The position numbers and the translations under genes were made by a program. The notes under the pieces were generated by a model. It worked only from the letters and a program-made list of their open reading frames with translations. It ran no database searches and was not told the origin of the DNA. DNA of 64,000 bases from Selaginella moellendorffii (taxonomy: Eukaryota > Plantae > Lycopodiophyta): assembly GCF_000143415.4 (NCBI RefSeq), contig NW_003314353.1:443559-507558 (forward strand). Direction: 5' to 3'. This document shows, piece by piece, positions 1-13,354 of the stretch (its first letter is position 1; every line of letters starts with the position of its first letter).

Positions 1-589
1 AGAATTTTGACCTCAGTATTACCACAACAAAATCAAGGAAATCATCCTCCTCAGCAAAATCAAAAAAATTAAAGACCTCTAAAAGCAAGAAATATCAATA
101 TTAAACTAGTCCAAGATGAACACTATGAAAATGAACCTGAGATATGAGCTTTAACTCGAAGTCAAAAAGAACACTACAATCTTGAAGACAACCTCTACGA
201 AGAAATTGAAGAATAACAACCCCAAAACAAAGTACAAGAAATCTCAAGACACAAATGGCAACAAAGCAAAAAGCTAGTTGACATAATCTAGTAAAACCTT
301 CAACAACAACTTGAAATTGAAGATAATCAGGAAAATGTGATATAGACTCTATCAAGAAAAGAGGAACAATTAAAGCTCATCACCAACATTCTTTGACAAT
401 GTATCACATTCACCCTCCAAGAGCTTTTACATGTCACTCCATACTTGAGAAATAACTTCTCAAGATATGTCAAGCATCACCACTAACAAATTCAACTCAA
501 GTCAAGAAAAAGATTAGTAACTCTTCATCCCACAAGACCCACATCTAACCTGGCAACTTCGACTAAAATGTACCATACATCCTAATCAT

Positions 590-1740
590 GATAGGAAAGA
601 ACAAAGTCCCACAAACAATCATCAACGGTGGTGCAAATATCAACATTATTAAGTATTCAACCTGCAAAGTAATAGGACTTGGGCCAACACCTTACACCCT
701 TCAATGTCAAGATGGCTGACAATTGAAGTGTACAACCATCAGGAATCGTGTCCAATATTTCTATCAAGATCAAGGATCAAGAATTTAAGGTAACTTTCAT
801 CATGCTCAAAATGGCAAAAGACTAAAGTTCCTATGAAGTACTCCTCAGATGAACTTGGCTCAAGATAGCTGATGTCATTATATACTGGCAAAAGAACACA
901 ATTACCTTTGGAGAGCATCAAGAAGCCCCTCAAATCTCCACAATTACAGCAAAGAAGATCCAAAGAAATTTTGACCAATCATCATCAAATAATACAATTG
1001 GAATGAAGGTCTTGACAACGAAGAAGCACAAATCTTGAAGGTATATACTAGAGTTAAAGCCTCTCATCGAAGTTGATCTCAACCGAGTCATCCTGAAGAA
1101 TAGTACACACTACACAACAAACCCTAATACTCAAAGAAACAACCTTGAAGGCAAATTCCCAAGTCACGAAAACTTGATACCCATCAAAACACCAACTAAA
1201 ATAAAAAAGCAACAAGATCGACCAAGAATCAAACCTGAACAATTTCAACCAATTCATCAATAAATCCATTTTGAAGAAAACCCAACACTTCAACAAGAAG
1301 GAACTCGACTCACATCAATGCTCAATTTTGAAAAGCCAACTGAAGAAATTGACTTAGGAACTGAAGATCAAACCAAAGAAGCTCTACATCACCAAAGACC
1401 TTGACCTTGACTTCAAGACAAAAGCAATCAATCTTCTCAATAGATACAAAGAAGTTTTTGCTTAGTCATATACATATTTGTGAGGAATTCCTCTCGAGAT
1501 CTACATGCACCGAATCAAGCTTCTACCTTAAACTACACCAAGAAAGCAAGTAGCCTATCGAATGAACCCCAATATGCAAGTGAAATTTAAAGAAGAACTT
1601 GACTAGCTCGAGAACACCAGCTTCATCTACCCAATTCAAAACCTATAATGGCTATCACCACTTGTTATTATCCCAAAAAAAAGTGGCAAACTTAGAGTTT
1701 GTGTCAATTACAAAAAGCTCAACAATGCAACTTGAAAAAA
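590..1740 (+). mobile_element. Heavily decayed Ty3/Gypsy pol remnant (protease and RT N-terminus)
   Basis: Broken frames give IINGGANINII (protease DxG-like) near 620 and WLSPLVII.KK.GKLRVCVNYKKLN (RT) near 1650-1730; many stops and frameshifts. Confidence 0.7.
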
Positions 1741-1879
1741 CATATGTATATGGGATATCGTCATGCAACCGAGAAGCTGCATAGGTCTTTCTATTAGCTA
1801 AAGATGCAACATAATGTTATCTAGTATGTGTGTAGTTGTGTTTGGTGCCAAGCTCGTAACACTCCCCCTCATATTGCAG

Positions 1880-2200
1880 AAGGATAGTTGGAGTCAATTA
1901 CAGTTTCCCATCCATTTGAGTTGGTAGCATTAGATTTAATGCGGCCTTTTCTATAGTCAACTATTGGCAATGAGTATGTCATTATTGCTTCTAATTACTT
2001 GACTCATTATATAGAAGTTGGTGCTCTTGCTAGTGCATCTACAACTACCACTAAATACTTCCTCCTCAATCGAGTGGTGTTCTAACATTCCTGTCTAGAA
2101 AGATTTCTTTCGAATAATAGTCCCATATTTACAGTTGAGATATTTCATGTCTTGATGTCTCAATTGGGGATATGCCTTCATGAGTCCTTATCATCCACAG
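1880..2200 (+). mobile_element. Decayed retroviral-type integrase core fragment
   Basis: PFELVALDL..., GNEYVIIASNYLTHYIEVGAL and LSNNSPIFT (SDNG-like) motifs. Confidence 0.6.
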
Positions 2201-2673
2201 TCAAAAGGGTGCCACATGGTAGTGGATGAAGCAGAAGCTAAACGAATGTAACACATTTGAAGTAAAAGTTTCGACTTAGATAGTCAAGAGTGGGAGTGGA
2301 ACTCCAAACAAAGTGCTCGAGGAACGAACACGAAGTAAGCAGTAAATGAGTCTCTAGAAAAGGGACACAAGAGGACCAATATATAACACGTAGAAGTGTC
2401 AAGATGGAGTCCAAAATGGAGTCTGAGAAGGAGTCCAAGATGGAGTCTGAGAAGGAGTCCAAGATGGAGTCTGAGAAGGAGTCCAAGATGGAGTCTGAGA
2501 AGGAGTCCAAGATGGAGTCTGAGAAGAAGTTCGAGATAGACCCAAAAAAGAGCCTAAGATGGACCCAAGAAGAAGTCCGAGATGGAGTCCGAGATGGACC
2601 CGAGAAAGAGTTTGAGATGGACTTGAGATGGAGTCCGAGATGGACCTAAGATGGAGTTTGAGATGGAGTTCGA
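2201..2673 (+). mobile_element. Truncated old LTR fragment of the 50187-57933 LARD family, with a 24-bp tandem array
   Basis: Aligns by eye to ~50222-50870; about five copies of GATGGAGTCTGAGAAGGAGTCCAA at ~2403-2527. Confidence 0.85.
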
Positions 2674-2854
2674 GGTTAAGACTATAACACATATGTTTTT
2701 GGGCCACTGAATGAAGGAACAGAGCCAAATTCCCAAGTATGGAGCCTAAGGCAACGAAACCGAAACATAGAGCAACTCCTAAGCATACAGCTAAAGGAGC
2801 GTAAGGACAGGAGTATAAAGAGACTTGGAACAATCCTAGAGCATCTAGCATCCC

Positions 2855-2954
2855 NNNNNNNNNNNNNNNNNNNNNNNNNNNNNNNNNNNNNNNNNNNNNN
2901 NNNNNNNNNNNNNNNNNNNNNNNNNNNNNNNNNNNNNNNNNNNNNNNNNNNNNN
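2855..2954. other. Assembly gap (100 N)
   Basis: Run of N. Confidence 1.
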
Positions 2955-3184
2955 TTGGGAAAATGGGGGGCCTAACGAAAAAATATGGGTTCTCCCCCAA
3001 CCAGCAGGGTAAAAAATTGGGGTTTAGACCCAACCGGGTTGCAAAGTAAGGCCAACCCTCCAACCGGGGGTTAGCCCAACCCCCAAGTGGGTGGGCCATG
3101 TTTAACCTCCCCCCTTTCCTTTTTAAAAATTGGGAAACCCCAATTTTCCCTTTTTCCCCCCCCCCCCCCCCCCCCCCCGCCCTA

Positions 3185-5439
3185 TCAGGAACACATGCTT
3201 TGGGCTTTCACCCTTAGTACCAGGAGTTAGTCTCTGGGACAAGTTCAAAACTTACTAAATATAGAATGTCCCTAGATTGCGAATTTAGACACAGGACGAA
3301 CACAATTGTTCTCTAAGATAAGCTCAAAACTTACTAAATATAGAATGTCCCTAGATTGCTAATTTGGACACAGGACGAACACCATTGTGTTCAAGACAAT
3401 CTCTACATTTTGTAGATATTCCAAATGAGTAAATCTAGACACTTTCCATAAATAGCATTTAGGACCAGAATGAGACTAACACAAAGGGCATAATAGCAAG
3501 AGTGTTTGGCAAACACAGTAAGTTATCATCTAACAAATCTTAAGGGACCAATCTTAATATCGCAAGGGTTCTTGATACTAGCAAATGCAAGCCAATGACA
3601 TAAGTTTCTCAAACCAGGCTGAGTATGCTCAACAAAAAACACATAGGGTTCCTACTTTATGTTCATCCAATTTCATTACATGGTTTTTGACCAGTTTCTC
3701 AACTAACTCAAGTGGGAACTGATAATGGGTCTAGCAATACCAACCTCCTACAATTGTGGCAGTAAAGAAAGAATATCTAAAAGGATTAGCTAATAGGTAA
3801 CTTTCAATATTTGAAGTCACATTTGCGACACTCTTCCCCCCTTAGGGAAAATCAACGTCTTTGTCGATACATACTCGAGTCTAGACTATTAGCAAGGAAA
3901 GAACTCTAGAAAAAGTTCACAGTGATCACACTATGTGATAAATGCACCAACTTAAATGAGTTAAGGTAACTTTTTGGTCTAACACAGATGCACTACCAAC
4001 CCAAACACTTTCTGGCCATCGCCGACAAGGAAATGACTAATAGAGTTAACGACCCTTGTTGCTTTGGGTGTCACCTAGCTTACAAAAGTGTGATATGCCT
4101 CTACCTATAGAGACATAAAGAGAGAAGCCAAAGGCCCTAACTCTCTTGAGCAAAGAAACCAAACTCGTTGGTAAGGTTTAGATAGACTATTGTAAACAAG
4201 TAGTTAGAGTTGTTTACACGGTCATGCCCTTTTGAACGATATAAAAAACATCAACAGAGAGGCAGGTAATATATAGTAGCTACCCCATGACTAAAGATTT
4301 CAAAATGCACTTGAAGTGCCAAAGCCAGTTTGCCTATACTGGCCTAAATTCAAAGATCAATAAATGGACAATATCAAAGTTAGAGATAATGATATTTTAG
4401 AGACTTAATTATCAATGAATAAAGCTTAGATTAGAACACAAAAGTATTCCAAGTAAGTTATCATCTGATAAACCAGTACTAGAGCACATGACCCACCAAG
4501 ATCACTATAGCTGGAAACCATAGGATTTACTATCTAACAAAATTCAATAGCTAATGTATCATTAATAAAACTCAATGATAAAACTTAACTATCAAAGATT
4601 TCATATAGCATGCTAAACAACTTATAAAATACAACTAAAGAACACAAAGTATTATTGACTGGTAAGAAAGATGCTTGTGAATGTATCACCCAAAGATAAT
4701 AACATTCAATCTATCAAAACCAACTATAGCAACAATCAATAAAACAAAGTGAATGCCACAAATTAACAAACACTTGTTTATGCCAACTATCGCACTAGCC
4801 AATCTATATAGATCCTAGTCAACAATACCAAGGAACCAGAGTTGCTTAAGCAAGTATTGGCAACATTCTATTGATGTCTTAAACCCAAGAGACCAATCCA
4901 GAGCAAACTACAAAGAACATCTAGTAATGTGAAAAGCCATAAACTATCAAAGAAAATAACTAACTATCATGAAAGATCATCAATTATCCCATCAATAAAG
5001 AGATACATAATCATTATCGAAGAAAGAGTCCACCATTCCGAAAAACAACAAACCATTTTAAATCAACAATAATCAAGCAAAACTCTTAACGAGAACAATC
5101 AACTATCCCAAGATAATAATCATTCATCACCAATGATTGTTAGATGCAAAAGTTAACTTCAATATTGAAGTTAATAAGTCAAAATGCCTTCCCCAACAAC
5201 TTTAAACAAATTGACCGCAAGCATAAGAATTCAAGAAACTAAAGCTCGAAAAAGTCTATAACCATGTTTTGCCTAACAATGATCACAAGTCTTGCATGAA
5301 CTAACTTTAATGCTAAAGAAAAAATCATGTTACAACCCACAATATCCTCTTCAACACATTCATAAACTAAATTTCATAATGCAAAGTTAATGAAGAACAT
5401 TTCTACATCAATCCAAAAGCCAAGCACAACAAAGCTATA
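3185..5439 (-). mobile_element. Decayed LTR retroelement: 3' LTR bounded at 3830, PPT, then degenerate internal region
   Basis: ...TTTGCGACA at 3830 is followed by CTCTTCCCCCC (PPT on the minus strand); 3690-3830 is homologous to 61800-61940; the internal part is A/C-skewed with no intact ORF. Confidence 0.5.
3243..3395. repeat. ~79-bp tandem duplication within an LTR-like segment
   Basis: AAAACTTACTAAATATAGAATGTCCCTAGATTGC...GACACAGGACGAACAC occurs twice. Confidence 0.9.
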
Positions 5440-7902
5440 TGACTTGGTCAAAGTGACCAAGTGGAAAGGACACCTAAAGGAAATGAATAGTGTCAAGGCA
5501 ATGGTATGGTGAGTCTAAGAAAGTAGTCTCTAGTAAAAACCCATAAGAGGGTCACAAAGTTGGGCTGTGGATAGAGCCCATAACAAAAAATGTTAAAGAG
5601 ATTTACTAGGGGGAATACCTTCCAAACTTGGCAAAGCAAAATCTTTGCTATGGAATCGAAAGAATACCTCGAGGATGAAGGTAGTGATCCTATGTTGCTT
5701 GGTGCAATAATCAAAGGATAGGAGCAAAAGACTAGTGGCCAAGAAAGAGCCATACAAATCATTGGAAGGAATCCAAATGGCAAAGTTATGGGAGGAACAC
5801 TAATGTGTTGGACGTTAACGGATTGTGGGAAAAGCAATATATTTCTAAGGATGGATTCCCAAATACTCCGATTTGGTGAAAGTGGGAGCTTCAAGGGAAG
5901 GAGCAGCAAGGTAACTAAATGATAAGGCTGTGGACAACCTTAGCATAAATTATGATAACTGAAACTTAATGTCAAAGGTGGCACGAAATAAAAGAGAGGA
6001 TGGACTGGGAAGTAGAGTTTGCACAATATGTGCAATACAAGTGTCAGAAACACCTAGGAAATTGATTTTGGGAAATCAAAATTAAAAGTTCCAAACTGCA
6101 ATAGTTATATCGATAAAAGTTAAAACTACTCGAGAATGAGTAGTGGGATTGAGATAGTGAATATGTCTCTAACGAGTTTAGCAAAAACTAAAGCAATAAA
6201 GGAAGAGAATCACCACAAGTGGTCAAATGAGTCTCTATGTTAGAGAGACTATGCTCTTTAAAGGATAGACAAAGCATGGTGGGCCTTAAGTGTCAAACCA
6301 TTGACAAATATTAGCTTGGTGCTAAAGATGGAAAGAGTAATACTTGATGGTATTACTTTATAAAATGATTTATCATTCGATAAGGACATCAAACTTTATC
6401 TATGGGTGATGGAGTTATGAGACACAAATCCCTAAGCCCCAAAGTGGAGTCAAAAGGGTGCCATGTGGTAGTGGTTGAAATAGAAGTCAAATGAGTATAA
6501 GACGTTTAGACTAAAAGCTCTGACTTGGATAGTCAAAAGTGGGAGTGGAACTCCTAACGAAGTGCTTTAGGAACGAGCACGAAGTAAGCAGCAAGTGAGT
6601 CTCTAGAAAAGGGACACAAAAGGACCAATACATAACACATGGAAGTGTTGAAATGGAATCTGAGATGGAGTCTGAGAAAGAGTCTAAGATGGAGTCCAAG
6701 AAGGAGTCCAAGTTAGACCCAAGAAGGAGCCCGAGATAGACATGAGAAGGAGTTCGAGATGAAGTCCAAGATGGACTTAAGAAGGAGTTCGAGATGGACC
6801 CGAGATGGAGTTCGAAATGGAGTCCGAAATGGACCCGAGATGGAGTCCAAAGTCGAGTCCGACTCTGACTCTAACTCCAACTCCAACTCCGACTTCTAGT
6901 CTGACTCCGACTCCGACTCCGAGGGTGAAATCCCAAAGCATTCATCTCCCAGACCCTGGGGGATTTAGTGAGCTCCAAAAGTATAGTAGGGGGAGGACTC
7001 CAGTGAAGCCAATTTAGCTAGGAAAGACTAGTATAACCAAAGAAGGCTATACCCACATGGTGGGTGATAATAAAACCACTGAGGAGTCCAAAGCTAGAGT
7101 GAATATGGACAGACAAGCAAGGTAATTTGGTGAAGTATTCAAGAGTTGGCTTTAGCTCCCCCTGGAGATTGAATGGTCAATGCTCTCAATCAAAGTGTAG
7201 GTGGCACTACCTACTTGGATACCTAGCATGGCTTATCGGAACTTCACTCTAGCCACATGGCTAGGGCACCTAAAAGCAAAAGGTGGGGAAAGTATCCACG
7301 AGGCTTGCGTAGGGCCATGGTGTTTCAAAATGTCATCCCCAAAGTCCCAGACCGTGAAAAGAAGGAGGAGTAGTCCTCTAGTATAATGACCAAAGATACG
7401 GTCACATAATAAGGACGTCCCAAAGGACAATGGGACTTAGTGGTCGGGCCTTTGGGCCTTGCCCCAATGGCAATGTTAGCAAGCACAACCATCAATGAGG
7501 ACTTGGTGGGAACATTAGAGAAGGGTGTTCCCCATGACTTCAAGCATCCTAAGGATGCTACGGTGTGGTCATGGGATGACCACTCATGGATAGATGGCTC
7601 AGTCTTTGAGAGATGGGACTATGAGGTAGGTGGTCTTAGACCACCGGTATGACAAAGATGAATGGGTATTGCCTTAGTATAACGAGCTGATATATTGGTA
7701 GTACCTTTGGGTGTCAGTCAAGGGATCAAACACATGGAGTATTGGACCAAGTGCAAAAGCTAAGTGGCATAGATGCCATTCACAGGGCTAACAAGTCCCT
7801 AAGTCCAGAATAGGACTTATGGAGGTTATGAGTGAAACTCCTTTAACTAGTCAGAGGCGTGATTAAGTGACTAAAGTAGAATGGAAAAATTAGTTGCTTA
7901 TA
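5440..7902 (+). mobile_element. Old 5'-truncated copy of the LARD family: 3' internal region, PPT and 3' LTR (6416-7902)
   Basis: Colinear with 55097-57933; termini mutated TG>TA and CA>TA; shorter internal tandem array (~6645-6925). Confidence 0.92.
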
Positions 7903-8314
7903 GATTCCCTGCTAAGTGGAAGGGACCATATTTACAGTAAGTTGGACCACAAGTTTATAAGGTTCGGCATAACATCCAACAAGCTGATCCTCCAAAAATT
8001 GTGTAGCTAAAACGCTTCATAAAAAGGGATCAAGAACAACTAGCACCAGCTATAGATCCACCAATACCACATCCTAATGTTCCTCTAGATCTCGGCCTGT
8101 CCACAGGAAAACCATGATTGTCTTCCATCATTTCGAGAAAAGGGGATGATATGAGGTCCACGTGTATGGCTACAATGCTATATGTTAATATTAGTATAGT
8201 GGGATTTTGGTAACTGTTAGATTGGTTTCAATTCGGACCATTCACTCATGTATATAACCTATGGTTTTATGGCTAATTGATATGCATATTTCTGTATTCC
8301 ATTTCTATATTTCA

Positions 8315-8795
8315 TACACTCACACACACACACACACACATACATATTTTAGAAAAATACATAATACATATTTTCTTTCATGATTTTATTTAAAATAAGA
8401 TTTGTATATATGGAAATTATGGTTGCTTGCAAGTTCCCTGCTTAGTGGAAGGGACCATATGTATCAAACACATACATTTGTGATATGTATATATATATGT
8501 GTGTGTGTATATGTATATATATGTGTATATGTGTATGTGTGTATGTATGTATATGTATATATATACACCTTATAAACTTGCTGTCCAACTTACTTTAAAA
8601 GTTGTGTGTGTGTGTGTATGTATATATGTGTATATACTTATCGCCTGTGTATATATAAGATAGCGTAGGATATGCCCCCAACTACCCGGGATTACATCGA
8701 ACTAACTAGTGGCATAGTAGAATCTTTTAAAGCCTAGACTGCAAGTTTAGGATCCCAATCAAATACCAAATTGTATATATATATATATACATGTA
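8315..8795. repeat. Compound (CA)n/(TG)n/(TA)n microsatellite cluster
   Basis: Read directly from the sequence. Confidence 0.85.
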
Positions 8796-8799
8796 TGAC

Positions 8800-9990
8800 T
8801 TTTACCTAGGTAACATATAGACTGTACATATTTGGGATTAAATTTAGTCTTTCCCTTTTTATATATAAACAATATTTAAACCCTACCTATTTCTATATCC
8901 CAAAACACTCACATCAGAGGCATTACAATTTGGTAAAGCTTTTTGGCAATGCTTTACTAAGTGTTTAGGATTGTATTTTTTATTTTTATTTCTTCATTTT
9001 ATTTAAGATTTATATCTATGTTATCTTTTTACTAGATTTAGGATTGCATTTATTAAATTTATTCTTCCTTTTCAATTTCCATTATATTCTCTTTTTTACC
9101 ATACCACACGCAATATATTAGTGTGTTGTTGTCACCAACTTCCATATGATGTGATTATATAATGACTTATATTCTTGATGTCTTGTCATATGTTCAAGGA
9201 TCAAGCGTATGGGAAGACAATATGTATGACCTTGAGTGGATTTTGAATTATAATGAGAAATTTAATTATTATGGAAATAACTTTGGAGAGAAGTTGGAAG
9301 TTTTATAAAGTGTCAATCATTTAATCTCTCATTAGATTCTTTCTCTTTGCCTTCTACTTTTTCCCAGCATTTTCTTTTGTTTTTACCATTGCCACTCTTT
9401 AGATTTCTAGTGTTTTTTCCTCATCTACAATTTCATTTTCCTAGCATATTGATATTTGTGATTCTTATGATTCTCATTCTCAATCTAATATTGAGTTAAG
9501 TATTTTTTATACTTCTCATACTAATCTGGATGTTAAGTATGTATGTGAAGTTGAGAATCTTGCTTTTATTTCTTTGGCAAAATCTTTTATCAATTCTAAC
9601 TTTAAGTATAGTTAAGTCAATAGTTTTGGGTGTAAGTGCTATTGAGAGTATTTGTTTTACTGTTGTTGTTAAAGAGTTTATATATTCCTTTGAAAGTGTG
9701 AACTTTTCTATTAATTGTTTTATCTTAAGTGTTGATTTGTGTATTGAGGAGGTTGATGAATCTTTGAATCATTTTGTGGCGGCTAAAGTATTTTATAATA
9801 GCAAATACTTTATTTTCTTTTCTTTGAGTATATTTACTTTTTCATATTTCCCCACTTTTGCCTTAACAACTATTGAATATTCCTCTTTTCATACTTATTT
9901 TTCCACATTTTTTCTTTTACAGTATATTTTCCTTAATTTTTCTTCCTTTCTCATCTTTGCCCTGATATTTTTTTTTTCTTCATAAAAAGG
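8800..9990 (+). mobile_element. AT-rich old LTR-element fragment (LTR end near 8927 plus internal sequence)
   Basis: Homologous to 49590-50100, 57960-58830 and 62600-62750 (e.g. TTTGGGATTAAATxTAGTCT; TGTTCAAGGAT...TATGGGAAGACAAT); ...ATTACA ATTTGGT LTR/PBS-like junction. Confidence 0.7.
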
Positions 9991-11499
9991 GTAAAGATGA
10001 TGAATGTCTAAAAACATTATCATTTTGAGAAAGTTTACATTAAATATTTATGATTCATAAATATAAATATTTATGATTTATAATTATAAACTTCTGTTAG
10101 CTACTATGCTTTATAAGTGTCTAAGAAACTATTGAAAATCAATCTATAATATATATTTCTCTCTATATTAAAAACATTTATTAAATATTATTTTAATTTT
10201 AATTTTATTAAGAAATAGATTTTAAGTTAGATTTATTTTTATATTTATCTATCTATTTTTGAGTTTATTAGTATTTAATTTTAATGTATTCCCATTATCT
10301 TTGTATGTTTTGTTCTAATATTTCAAAACTAAATCAATTTATTTAATTTTATATTTATATATTTATAAATATATTTTTACTAAATTGTATCTTTCTTTAT
10401 AATATTTAAGACATTGCCTAATTTAAAAGTGAGTGCCAACAGTTGATCATTAAGTTATGTAAAAACAAAGATGATGGCCATTATTACATAAATTTATTGA
10501 TATAATTTATTTAATTTGGTTTTATTGATGAAAAAAGCATTTAGTTTGTATTTATATAGAAAAATAAATTTGTTTTACCATAAACTATATCTATTAATTA
10601 AATATTAAAATATAGTTGATAAATACTTTGAAGGTTCTCTTATGTATTTTTTTAAGATTCAATATTATTTTTAATTTTTTTAAAAAATAGAGAAACTTTT
10701 AATTTAGTTATTAAAGTTTTTTATTAATTAGTTGACAAAAGAGTTGATACCACCTACACAACTCTTTGGAGTTAAATTTGTATTTTCATTTTGCTAAAGT
10801 ACATTTTAGTGGTGATGCCAAAAACAATAGAAGATACATTTAATACCAAAATTTTAAATCATCCAAATATTATAAACATTCAATCATAGCATTAGATGTA
10901 GATCATAAATTTAAAGTAAAAATAATTACTAATAATTTTAATCATAAATTAAAGAATTAAAAATATATTTAAATAAAATAATTTTTAAAGATATTAGTGA
11001 CTTGAAACAACCAAAAATTTAAAGAAAATATATTACAATATATTTCTAATATATTTCTCATTTAATAGTACTAAAAAATATTCTACTTAAATTTTTTTAT
11101 CATTTTTAAAACATTAGTTAAGTTATAGGTTTGCTCTGGTATTCAAATAATTTAATGGAATATACTAAAATATTTTTCTGCTCTACCAACTCTCCACATG
11201 CCCAAAAACAAGTGAGCAAGGGTATGGAACTATAAAAGTCACTTTGCTAAGCAGAGTGTGTATAATAATCAGGTGATGTCTTGGATGTTGACACTATGAG
11301 GCACTCTTAGATTGGTTAGTGTTGAGGTTTTGCAGTGCATTGCCATTGATAGATTCGACTTGCTTGCCAATAAACGATAGAGAATTGTAGATTAATCCTG
11401 TATAGAAGCTTGAGTTTTCATAAGAAAAGAAAGACCCGCATTTGCACAGGTAACTCATGGCTTCAGGCCGACCTGATGCTAAGCTCTTCTCCTTCGGAT

Positions 11500-11930
11500 T
11501 GGCGGGAGAGATTTATCACCTAGGAAGCAATGCAAAAGGAGATGTTCTTCACTTCAGGAAACCCCCTCTACTTTCTCTATAGGGATTCTGCCCACTTGGA
11601 AGTTGCCATGATCCCAAGGATACCAAGTTCTACATGGATTTCATGAACTTTGCGATGATAAACTCAAGAGCTTGGCAGGCTGCTTCCATGGATCTGTGGA
11701 GGAGAACCTCCAGCTGTTTAGAAGGATGCTCAAGGAGTGTGTCAAGCTGGACTACGTTCTTTCCTTTTTCTTTGTTTGTTCCATATCTTGTTTTTTCAGG
11801 GATGGGCAAAGAGGTGATTAGAGGATTCATATGAGAAGATCATGAGATGTAGAGTGACTTCCATAGCCACGAGCTTCACACCTCAAAGTTCCACCATCAG
11901 CAGCAGCACGGGAATGCGTTGGAATTAAAT
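11500..11930 (-). pseudogene. Possible F-box-associated domain gene fragment
   Basis: ADGG...NPL..SLP spacing resembles plant F-box-associated repeats; frameshifted. Weak. Confidence 0.25.
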
Positions 11931-12087
11931 GAAGCTCTACTTGTCGCTTCAAGTTGACGCATGTAGTAAGTTTATACTAATTATCTCTAATTTGCAAAGC
12001 AATTTTATAACACAAGCACTTCTCAATATCAAATGAATTATTTTGTGATGATCCAATGAAACCATGAAATAATAGACTCTAACTTGC

Positions 12088-12242
12088 TTAGTTCTTGATG
12101 CAGAGGTCCTTGCTCCATTTCCAGTCAAACTGGCATTGGTGGCACTTGTTGTTGTACGAGTACCAATTGCTCGAGCAACTCATGCACTTGCTTCCACTCC
12201 ACTTCCATCTGGAGAGGCATTGGTGGCAATTGTTACTATACT
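12088..12242 (-). pseudogene. 3' half of a secreted Cys/Trp-repeat peptide gene split by the Gypsy element
   Basis: *YSNNCHQCLSRWKWSGSKCMSCSSNWYSYNNKCHQCQFDWKWSKDLCIKN*; in frame with 20458-20620 once the element and one TSD copy are removed. Confidence 0.8.
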
Positions 12243-12247
12243 AGTAT

Positions 12248-12480
12248 TGTTATGATCTGGTGCAAAAAGATAGAGATCTAGTCTTCTTAGACTACACTAC
12301 ACCTCCTCTTGAGATTCCTCACCACCCAACCACCCCCGAGCTACCTCAAAAGCTCCACTGCGCCGCTGCTCCACTGTGAGCCTTAAGGTAGGTTTAATCC
12401 CTTACCCTAACATGCCTTAATATACCCTTGAGCCTCCCTTTGACCAATGTTGACCACATGGTCAAAGCTGGTGCCTAACA
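12248..12480 (-). repeat. 3' LTR of the Gypsy element
   Basis: Direct repeat of 20234-20457; adjacent PPT. Confidence 0.93.
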
Positions 12481-13160
12481 AGTCTTCCTCCCCAACAAAG
12501 TCCTTATCCCAAGGACAAATTGTACCAGTGATCACCCTTTTTAGGGAACCCTACTCAAACTCTTAGTCCATCTTCCACAGCCGTATACATCAAGGAGGCC
12601 TTGGGCCTATCACTTCGAGATAATACACCTTTCAACTAGTTGATATAAAATACCAGATGAATTTTCACCCTAGCTAGCAGCCGCACCCAATAAGCTACTT
12701 TACCAATGCGCTCCAACACTTCATATGGACCAGCATATCGATGGGAAAGTATATTACTCTTCCCTATTCGTAAAGGCACTAAGGTGTTCCACCGCTCACT
12801 TGATAGAAAGATCACTCGCACGAAGACAAAATCACCCACCTTATATTCCCAGAATTGGCAATGCTCATTAGCAAACTTCTTCGCTCTATCTTGAGTTGCT
12901 TGCAAATTTTGTTTACACACCACCAAAATTTTATCAAGTTCTGTGGCTAGATCAGTTGCATCACAATCAAGCTTATCTTGAATGTCCTTACTCAAATGCA
13001 ATCCCAACTCCACTACTGTTCGAGGATGCCTTCCAAACATGGCAAAGTAAGGATTTAGCTTGGTTCCACTATGTTGGCTATTGTTGTAAGAAAATTACAC
13101 TAACAGAATATATAAATCCCACTGTCCTTACATTTGACCAACACTACAACATAGCATATC

Positions 13161-13354
13161 TGTAAGCAACCAAAGAGAACGACTCAAGAGATGATCCATG
13201 AGGTTCAAATATAAAGGGAAAGGGCCTATGAATAAAAGTGCACCCCCTTTTCCAATCGGTTAAGGGTCTTGGGATACTTAGGGTTAAATGTCTTTGGGTT
13301 TGAATAGTACTGGGTTGAGTGACCTCCCGGGAAGTCCAAACTCAAGAGCTTACA
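13161..13354 (+). mobile_element. Cassandra-like solo LTR carrying a 5S rRNA-derived segment (~13282-13337)
   Basis: TGTAAGC...GCTTACA termini; perfect TSD ATATC (13156-13160 / 13355-13359); GGTTAAATGTCTTTGGGTTTGAATAGTACTGGGTTGAGTGACCTCCCGGGAAGTCC resembles the plant 5S internal control region. Confidence 0.88.

Noticed and set aside
2955-3185. Poly-C and homopolymer-rich stretch as a G-quadruplex or regulatory element
   Set aside because: It abuts an assembly gap and looks like low-quality read-end sequence.
9530-9985. 151-aa hydrophobic ORF as a membrane protein
   Set aside because: T-rich TE-internal sequence; the homologous region near 58430-58800 does not keep the frame.
10000-11200. 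Extremely AT-rich tract as organellar insertion or replication origin
   Set aside because: No recognisable organellar genes; more consistent with an ancient deaminated TE relic.
13282-13337. 5S rRNA gene
   Set aside because: Only the ~55-nt promoter-containing part is present, it is diverged, and it sits inside an LTR with a TSD.
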